NCBI GenBank assembly: GCA_963748625.1
Contig: CAVVJT010000007.1
Location: 736,001-800,000, forward strand
Reading direction: 5' to 3'
Source of the DNA: an uncultured Chloroflexia bacterium
GTDB lineage: Bacteria > Chloroflexota > Limnocylindria > Limnocylindrales > CSP1-4
Length of the DNA stretch: 64,000 nt
The notes below the pieces were generated by a model that did not search any database, had not been told where the DNA came from, and worked only from the letters and a program-made list of their open reading frames with translations. The translations under genes were made by a program, and so were the position numbers. Positions 57,912 through 64,000 of this stretch are shown here, in pieces; position 1 is the stretch's first letter; the number at the start of each line of letters is the position of its first letter.

Positions 57912-58865
57912 TCAATCTGATGTAAGTAGCTCCCGATCGGATGGCGTGATCGCAGGGTCCCCCTCGCGGGCCGCGTCGAGCAGGCGGCGCGCGCGCTCCT
58001 CCACGTCGTGGCGCGAGCCCGCGCCCGTGTCCACCACCACCAGGCCGTCCTCGGACGCGATGATGTGACCGCGCACGCGGGCCTCCGCCGACATGATCGA
58101 GGCGACCTCGTCGTCGACCGGGTTCGCCTCCAGGCGGGCGGGCGTGTCGCACTGGCGGATCGATCCGTCGAGCAGGATCGCGAGCCGGTCGCCGAGGCGG
58201 ACCGCCTCGTGGAGATGGTGGGTCACGATGATCCGGGTGGCCGGTGCCTCGTCGCCGATCCGCTCGAAATCATCGAGGAGTGCGGCCCGGGTCCGGGCAT
58301 CGAGCGCCACGAACGGCTCGTCGAGGAACAGCAGATCCGGGTCCAGGACGAGCGACCGGGCGAGGCTCGTCCGCTGCGCCTCGCCGCTGGAGAGCTGGGA
58401 GGCCGGACGGTCCCGCAGGTGCAGGACCCCGAGCCGCTCCAGCCAGTGCTCCACGCGTTCCCGGGTCTCGGCCTTGTCGATGCCCCGGAACCGGAGACCC
58501 GCGGCTACGTTGCCGTAGACCGACGTGGACAGCAGGAGCGGCGCGGGCAGGACGAGGCCGATCCGCCGGCGGTAGGCGAGATCCTTCGTGGGCACGATGG
58601 GCTCGCCACGGAACTCGATGATGCCCCGGTCGGGGCGGAGCAGGCCGGCGAGGACGAGCAGGAGGGTGCTCTTGCCCGCGCCGTTGGGGCCCACGATGGC
58701 GAGGGTCTCCCGGTCTCGGATCGTGAACTCGTCGACGACCAGGATCTGCCGCCCGCCGCGGATGACGACGAGGTCGCGGACGGTGAGGAGCGGTGCGCCA
58801 CCAGGAGTGCCGCCCGCAGGCATGACGGGGATCGGCTCGGGCATGGCGGGGGTCGGATCGGCCAT
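57912..58865 (-). CDS. tupC: Tungstate ABC transporter ATP-binding protein
   Basis: GPNGAGKS, LSSGEAQR, FLDEPF; follows tupB. Confidence 0.82.
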   Translation of the reverse strand: MADPTPAMPEPIPVMPAGGTPGGAPLLTVRDLVVIRGGRQILVVDEFTIRDRETLAIVGPNGAGKSTLLLVLAGLLRPDRGIIEFRGEPIVPTKDLAYRRRIGLVLPAPLLLSTSVYGNVAAGLRFRGIDKAETRERVEHWLERLGVLHLRDRPASQLSSGEAQRTSLARSLVLDPDLLFLDEPFVALDARTRAALLDDFERIGDEAPATRIIVTHHLHEAVRLGDRLAILLDGSIRQCDTPARLEANPVDDEVASIMSAEARVRGHIIASEDGLVVVDTGAGSRHDVEERARRLLDAAREGDPAITPSDRELLTSD

Positions 58866-58872
58866 GGGCGCC

Positions 58873-59535
58873 CTACCGCTTCGGTCCGCGCTGCTGGGCC
58901 CAGGTGAGCACCCCGTTCACCATGAACGCCAGCGCCAGCAGCACCAGGCCGAGGATCACGGCGGCCCCAAATTCCCCGCGACCTGTCTGAAGGACGATGG
59001 AGGTGGTGAGCACCCGGGTCTGGCCCGCGATGTTGCCGCCGACCATCATCGCGGCGCCGACCTCCGAGATGACGCTGCCGAAGGCCGCCATCACCGCCGC
59101 GAGCAGCGGGAGCCTGGCCTCCCGCCACATCCACCAGATGGTCTGCCAGCGCGATGCGCCGAGGCCCAGGAGTTGGATCTCGAGGCGCGGGTCCAGCTGG
59201 CCAAGGCCGGCGACCGTGAGCCCGATCACGACCGGGGTCGCGATGATCACCTCGGCGATGACCATCGCGCCCGGCGTGTACATGAGGCCCAGGCCGCCCA
59301 GGATGCCGCTGCGCCAGAGCATGATCGCAACGAACAGGCCGACGACGACGGGTGGCAGCGCCATGCCCGTGTTGACGGCACTCAGGATCACGCGCCGGGA
59401 GCGGAAATAGGACAGCGCGAGCCACGTCCCGATCGGCAGCCCGATCAGGAGGCTGATGGCCGTGGCCGCGCCGGACACGGCCAGGGACAGCAGTGTGATC
59501 TCGACCAGGTCCGCCAGCCAGGGGGCGTCAGCCAT
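58873..59535 (-). CDS. tupB: Tungstate ABC transporter permease
   Basis: NTGMALPPVVVGL, ISEVGAAMMVGGNIAGQTRVLTT. Confidence 0.9.
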   Translation of the reverse strand: MADAPWLADLVEITLLSLAVSGAATAISLLIGLPIGTWLALSYFRSRRVILSAVNTGMALPPVVVGLFVAIMLWRSGILGGLGLMYTPGAMVIAEVIIATPVVIGLTVAGLGQLDPRLEIQLLGLGASRWQTIWWMWREARLPLLAAVMAAFGSVISEVGAAMMVGGNIAGQTRVLTTSIVLQTGRGEFGAAVILGLVLLALAFMVNGVLTWAQQRGPKR

Positions 59536-59568
59536 GGCCACCGCCCCGGAATCGCGACAAGCTGTCGA

Positions 59569-60504
59569 TCAGGGCGCGGTCAGGTCGGCTTCCGTCTTCC
59601 CGCCGTCGGGAACGAAGAGCTGCTGGCCGAACTCCGCGACACCGAACTCACCGATCATCGCCTGGGTCTCCGCCGAGAGCAGGAAGTCGGCGAACGCCTT
59701 CGCGCCGTCGCTGTTGACCTTCGGCCACTTGTCGGGGTTGACGACGATGACGTGGTACGGGTTGAGCAGCGAGGGGTCGTCGGTGACCATCGACTCGAGC
59801 GCGAGCTCGTCGCCCACGGCCAGCCACGTCGCGATGTCGGTGAGCGTGTAGCCCTCCTTTTCGGACGCGATCTGGAGCGTGGCACCCATCCCCTGGCCGC
59901 TCTCGAGGTACCAGTCACCCGCGGGCTCGATTCCCGCCTTCTTCCAGTACCCCAGCTCCTTCGTGTGCGTGCCGGATTCGTCCCCGCGCGAGACGAACGT
60001 CGCGGGCGTCCCGGCGATCTTCGCGAACGCGTCCGGGACGGAGGTCATGTCCTTGATCCCGGCAGCATCGGCAGCCGGGCCGACCACCAGGAACGAGTTG
60101 TGCATGACGAGCGTCCGGTCCACCCCGAAGCCACCCTCGACCAGTGTCTTCTCGGCCGCCGGCGAGTGGACGAGCAGCACGTCCGCGTTGCCCTCCTCGC
60201 CCATCTTGAGCGCCTGGCCGCTGCCCACGGCCACGGTCTTGACGGTGTAGCCCGACGCCTTCTCGAAGGCCGGGATCAGGACGTCGAGCAGGCCCGAGTC
60301 CTGGGTGGAGGTGGTGGTGGCGAGGATGATGTCCGTCGAGCCGGCCGGGGACGGGGCGGCTGTTGCGGCGGGCGTCGCCGCGGCCGTTGCTGCGGGCGCG
60401 TCGGTGGCAGCGGGCGTCGCCGCAGCCCCCGAGCAGGCCGCGAGGATCGCGACGGTACCGACCAGGAGTGCGCGCCGAACTGCGCCCGGAATCCCATTAC
60501 CCAT
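59569..60504 (-). CDS. tupA: Tungstate ABC transporter substrate-binding lipoprotein
   Basis: Lipobox LAAC; ATTTSTQDSGLL (TupA TTTS motif), VGSGQAL, FVSRGDESGTH, LLNPY. Confidence 0.92.
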   Translation of the reverse strand: MGNGIPGAVRRALLVGTVAILAACSGAAATPAATDAPAATAAATPAATAAPSPAGSTDIILATTTSTQDSGLLDVLIPAFEKASGYTVKTVAVGSGQALKMGEEGNADVLLVHSPAAEKTLVEGGFGVDRTLVMHNSFLVVGPAADAAGIKDMTSVPDAFAKIAGTPATFVSRGDESGTHTKELGYWKKAGIEPAGDWYLESGQGMGATLQIASEKEGYTLTDIATWLAVGDELALESMVTDDPSLLNPYHVIVVNPDKWPKVNSDGAKAFADFLLSAETQAMIGEFGVAEFGQQLFVPDGGKTEADLTAP

Positions 60505-60556
60505 TGTTTATTCCCCTTTATGACGTCGCCGGTATTGCCGGCATGGACGCATGATA

Positions 60557-60600
60557 GGGGGCCGCGAGGGGGCCGCGAGGGGGCCGCGAGGGGGCCGCGA
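60557..60600. repeat. 11-bp tandem repeat, four copies
   Basis: gggggccgcga x4 between vapC and the tupA upstream region. Confidence 0.9.
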
Positions 60601-60615
60601 GACCTGGTGCGTGTT

Positions 60616-61008
60616 CTAGGGTCGGACCTCGACGAAACCCGCTGCACTGAAGTCGCCGTCGAAGGCCAGTGCCTCCCCGAGACGCTCGCGGTGCATGACG
60701 GCGAAGCTCGTCGCATCGACGAAGGAGTAGACCCGCTCGTCGTGTCGGCGGAGCCAGGCCCGTGCCTCGCGCTCGATTCCTTCGTCGACGTGTACCACCG
60801 TCAGCCAGTCCGCGGACTCGACCGCATCGATGAACGCGACGGCCGACGTGTGGCCGTCGCGACGCCGCAGGAATGTCCAGGTCTCGCCGACGACATGGTT
60901 CGTCGTCAGGAGCGCCTGGCCAGGCGACCAGAGACGGACCGCGTCCGGGTGGTTGGCGTCACGCCGGAGCCGGAGTGCCACCCAGTAGGAGGTATCGACG
61001 AACCTCAC
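60616..61008 (-). CDS. vapC: PIN-domain VapC toxin
   Basis: FVDTSY, VGETW, YSFVDATSF, FDGDF. Confidence 0.92.
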   Translation of the reverse strand: MRFVDTSYWVALRLRRDANHPDAVRLWSPGQALLTTNHVVGETWTFLRRRDGHTSAVAFIDAVESADWLTVVHVDEGIEREARAWLRRHDERVYSFVDATSFAVMHRERLGEALAFDGDFSAAGFVEVRP

Positions 61009-61217
61009 GGGCCGTAGACGACATCGTCGACGTCGGCGGGCTCGGCATCGCTGCCGCCGATCCAGTCGCGGAACGGATCGACCGGGGGTTCCGGCTCGCC
61101 GATCGAGCGCCGGACGGCATCTCGGATGAGGGCCGCCTTGGACGTGTGTGCCCGACGCGCCCGCGAGGCGAGCGCGTCGTCCAGGTCCTCGTCGATGTAG
61201 ATCTGCAGCCGCTTCAT
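61005..61217 (-). CDS. vapB: CopG/RHH antitoxin
   Basis: MKRLQIYIDE...SKAALIRDAV...VDDVVY; overlaps vapC by 4 nt. Confidence 0.88.
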   Translation of the reverse strand: MKRLQIYIDEDLDDALASRARRAHTSKAALIRDAVRRSIGEPEPPVDPFRDWIGGSDAEPADVDDVVYGP

Positions 61218-61223
61218 GACGTG

Positions 61224-61252
61224 AGTATACATCTACTCATGGCGTATACATC
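61224..61252 (-). promoter_or_regulatory. vapBC promoter/operator: leaderless -10 (TATACT) with GTATACATC direct repeats
   Basis: gtatacatc at 61225-61233 and 61244-61252; TATACT lies 6 nt before the ATG on the minus strand. Confidence 0.6.
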
Positions 61253-61291
61253 ATGATGCGCGGTCCCGGCGCGGGCGTCGCAGATCGCGGC

Positions 61292-63187
61292 TCAGACGAC
61301 GCCGGCGAGCCCCAGCCGCTCCAGCGTCTCGGTGGTCGGGTTGCCGGTGGCGACGTCCCACCCCGCGAGACGGTAGTACTCGTCGAGCGCTCCCTCGATG
61401 ACCTCGTGGTCGAGCGCGACGCCACGGGTGGGCCCGGTGCCGGTGAGGGGTTGGAAGAACTTCGCCGGGAGCCTGTCGTTCTCGCGGTCCATGCCCTCGC
61501 GCGCGTTGAACGCGCGCATCAGGTTGATCCGGCGCTCACCGATCTCCATCAGCTCGTCGATGTCGAAGTCGGTCCAGCCAGTGACGGCCCGCACGGCGTC
61601 GACCGCCTCCTGCGGCCCGAGCAGCGACCAGGCCGGACCCCACACGAACTGGCACAGGTCCGCGGAGTCGAGGAACGAGTAGAACTGCTGGGTCCGCAGG
61701 GCGTAGCGCACCTTCTCCGCGCCCAGCGAGTCGTACGGCAGTGTCTCGGTGAACCCGAGCAGCGCCTGGCGCCCCATCGCCAGGTCCGAGGCGCCCTCCT
61801 CGATGTTGGGGTCGTGCTCGGAGGACTGGTGGTCCGCGCCGAACGGGTTGACCGCGTAGATCACGCCCAACGTCCGCTTCGCCTGCGGCATGTGGGCCGG
61901 CGCCTCGGCACCCTTGGCGGTGATCAGCTGGCCGTGCCCCTTGCCGAGGAGGTCCGCGGCCTTGCGCGAGCCGTTGGCGAGGACGTCGCCGAAGCCCTCC
62001 CGGGCCACGATCATCTCGAGCAGCCGGATCATGACCTTCGCGTCCCCGAACGGGGCCGGGAAGCCGATCTCCGCCTCGGACAGCACGCCATCGGTGAAGC
62101 AGTCCATGGCCCACGCGATCGTGGCCCCGGTGCCGATCGTGTCCAGGCCGTTCTCGTTGCAGATCTGGTTGGCGAGGGCGATCGCCGGGAGATCGCCGAT
62201 GCCGCAGTAGGAGCCGAACGTGGACGCCGTCTCGTACTCCGGGCCGCCGTGGCGCTCGTGGACGGGCCGGCCCTCCCACTCGGTCTCGACCGCGCGCTTG
62301 CAGCGGACGGCACAGGAGTAGCAGGTCTCGCGGTTCTTGAGGATCGTGGCGGTCATCGTGGCGCCGCCGATCTCCTCGTACTGCTCGAACTGCCCGGCGT
62401 TGTAGTTGAAGGTCGGCAGGCCGCCCGCTGCGTGCTGGTACTCGAGCACGCCCTGGGTGCCGTTGACCCGGAGGTCGAGGACGTCCGCGTTGTTGGGGAT
62501 CTCGTTGGAGGCGAACTTCGCGAGCTTGCCGAAGGCCGCACCATCCGCCATCGGCACCTTCCGGGTGTGGCCCCGCACGGCGACGGCCTTGAGGTTCTTG
62601 GAACCCATGACCGCGCCCATGCCAGTCCGGCCGTTGGCACGATTGGCCATGTTCATGATCGCGGCCAGGAGGGCCAGCTTCTCACCGGCGGGCCCGATCG
62701 CGGCAACCTCGACCTTGGCGTCGCCCAGCTCCTCCTTGAGTGCGTCGGTCGTCTCGGCAGTCGTCTTGCCCCACAGGTGGCCGGCCGGCCGGAGCTCGGC
62801 CTTGCCGTCCTCGATCCACAGGTACACGGGCTCCGCCGCGCGGCCTTTGAGCACGATCCCCGTGAAGCCCGCAAACCGCAGCTCGGCCGGGAAGAAGCCG
62901 CCGCCCTGGCTGTCGCCGATGCCGTCCACGAGCGGCGAACGGGCGCTGATCGTCATGCGACTCTGGCCCGCGATCGGCGCGCCGGTGAGCGGACTGAGCA
63001 TGAAGGTGAGGACGTTGGCCGGGTCGAGCCCACCCGTGCCCGCCGGGACGTCGCGGAGGATGTAGTAGACGCCCATCGCCGAGCCGCCGAAGTACGTCCG
63101 GACGAACGCCTCCGACTGGTCCTCGACCTCGATGGAGCCGGTGGTGAGATCCACGTGGAGGATCCGGCCGGTGACCTCGTTCGCCAT
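61292..63187 (-). CDS. aor: Tungsten-dependent aldehyde:ferredoxin oxidoreductase (AOR/WOR family), paralog 2
   Basis: ARSPL, GRTGMGAVMGSKNLKA, CYSCAVRC, GPEYE, GADH, DLCQF, RAFNAREG. Confidence 0.93.
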   Translation of the reverse strand: MANEVTGRILHVDLTTGSIEVEDQSEAFVRTYFGGSAMGVYYILRDVPAGTGGLDPANVLTFMLSPLTGAPIAGQSRMTISARSPLVDGIGDSQGGGFFPAELRFAGFTGIVLKGRAAEPVYLWIEDGKAELRPAGHLWGKTTAETTDALKEELGDAKVEVAAIGPAGEKLALLAAIMNMANRANGRTGMGAVMGSKNLKAVAVRGHTRKVPMADGAAFGKLAKFASNEIPNNADVLDLRVNGTQGVLEYQHAAGGLPTFNYNAGQFEQYEEIGGATMTATILKNRETCYSCAVRCKRAVETEWEGRPVHERHGGPEYETASTFGSYCGIGDLPAIALANQICNENGLDTIGTGATIAWAMDCFTDGVLSEAEIGFPAPFGDAKVMIRLLEMIVAREGFGDVLANGSRKAADLLGKGHGQLITAKGAEAPAHMPQAKRTLGVIYAVNPFGADHQSSEHDPNIEEGASDLAMGRQALLGFTETLPYDSLGAEKVRYALRTQQFYSFLDSADLCQFVWGPAWSLLGPQEAVDAVRAVTGWTDFDIDELMEIGERRINLMRAFNAREGMDRENDRLPAKFFQPLTGTGPTRGVALDHEVIEGALDEYYRLAGWDVATGNPTTETLERLGLAGVV

Positions 63188-63287
63188 GTCGCTGCCTCAC
63201 GTCCTGCCGTCGAGGTCCGTGCCTCGCGAGGGAGCCAGCATACCCACCCGGACCGCTGGTTTCCGCGGATGTTGCAGGATGCGGGCG

Positions 63288-64000
63288 CTACGGGGCGGCC
63301 GGCACGAACTTGAGCGCGTCGACGACGAGGGTCCGGCCGGTCGAGGTGCGCTCGCCCGTGCGATCCGACACCCGGACCCGTGCGACGGAGCCGAAGGTGT
63401 AGGTGCCGAGCAGCGCCCATGTGCCGGCCCGCGCCCGCTGGCTGATCGTTCGGGTCCTGGTGCCATCGACCGTGGAGATGCGGTAGACCGCATTGCGCGT
63501 GGTCGCGTGGTTGACGGGGATCCTCACCCAGACCGCGTATCGCCCTGGGGCACGCAGATTCGCCGTCCACGAGGCCGTCTGCCTCGTCGACGCCAGCCGC
63601 ACGGGCGTCCAGTAGCTCCGGTCTCGATACCCCACGTCCTGCCGCCGCCAGCCACCCCCGCCCTTGTCGAACCCCGCGTCCCGGTCGTCGACGAGCACGG
63701 TGACCGGCAGCACGACGCCCAGCGGCAGCGTTGTCCCAGTGGTTGCCGCAGAGCACGACTCCGTCGAACCCGCGTAGGCGCAGACCCTGTAGCCGTACCC
63801 CGTCTCGGGCGCCAGGCCATCGGTGTCGGTGAAGGAGGTGCCGTTGACACCGACCGTCCCGACGACTGGCCATGTCGGCGAGCCGTCGTCGCGGCGGATG
63901 CGGTAGCCGTCCTCGCCGATCACGTCCTTCCAGTTCACGCGGACTGCGGCATCGGAGATGCCGGTCGCGGCGACACTGGACGGACTGGCGACACCGGGCA
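63288..64000 (-). CDS. 3' part of a probably extracellular protein with Fn3 and golvesin/xanthan-lyase C-terminal-like domain; 5' end is outside the window
   Basis: VNWKD..GEDGYRI...GLAPETGYGYRVCA (Fn3), then VDDRD...PGRYAVWV...AVYRI...GTWALLGTYTF...VVDALKF. Confidence 0.75.
   Translation of the reverse strand, partial: PGVASPSSVAATGISDAAVRVNWKDVIGEDGYRIRRDDGSPTWPVVGTVGVNGTSFTDTDGLAPETGYGYRVCAYAGSTESCSAATTGTTLPLGVVLPVTVLVDDRDAGFDKGGGGWRRQDVGYRDRSYWTPVRLASTRQTASWTANLRAPGRYAVWVRIPVNHATTRNAVYRISTVDGTRTRTISQRARAGTWALLGTYTFGSVARVRVSDRTGERTSTGRTLVVDALKFVPAAP

Noticed and set aside
60505-60556. Moco/Wco riboswitch or ModE box upstream of tupA
   Set aside because: Only a small hairpin is present and no recognisable consensus.
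51461-60600. Short repeat arrays (51461-51520, 53173-53212, 60557-60600) as CRISPR
   Set aside because: The units are directly adjacent with no unique spacers, and no cas genes are present.

Overview
A GC-rich bacterial chromosomal segment of about 50 genes. The gene content (Thr/Pro-rich lipoproteins, GuaB1, DUF2252, MalT-like LuxR, tungsten AORs) suggests a soil or sediment Chloroflexota- or Actinomycetota-like organism; this is an inference. Left to right it holds: an RCC1/Fn3 lipoprotein; a minus-strand run of GH13, GH63, DszB-like protein, rhodanese, CMD-like protein, BASS, NhaP and MalT-LuxR; zwf plus a CoA-disulfide/persulfide reductase-rhodanese; an atypical P-type ATPase with ppk2; amt-glnK; arsR/arsM/arsN2; assorted metabolic and secreted proteins; and a tungsten region (moeA, moaD, two aldehyde:ferredoxin oxidoreductases, and tupABC flanked by two vapBC modules). 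No rRNA, tRNA, CRISPR array, integrase or transposase was seen. Several genes in the first 37 kb carry single-base insertions that look like sequencing or consensus errors. The most notable observations are: (i) a catalytically intact P2-type ATPase whose acidic ion-binding residues are all replaced by neutral or basic ones, next to ppk2; (ii) a stand-alone DszB-like desulfinase candidate with a rhodanese and transporters; (iii) a C-terminal module shared by several unrelated secreted proteins; and (iv) families of intergenic REP-like repeats.
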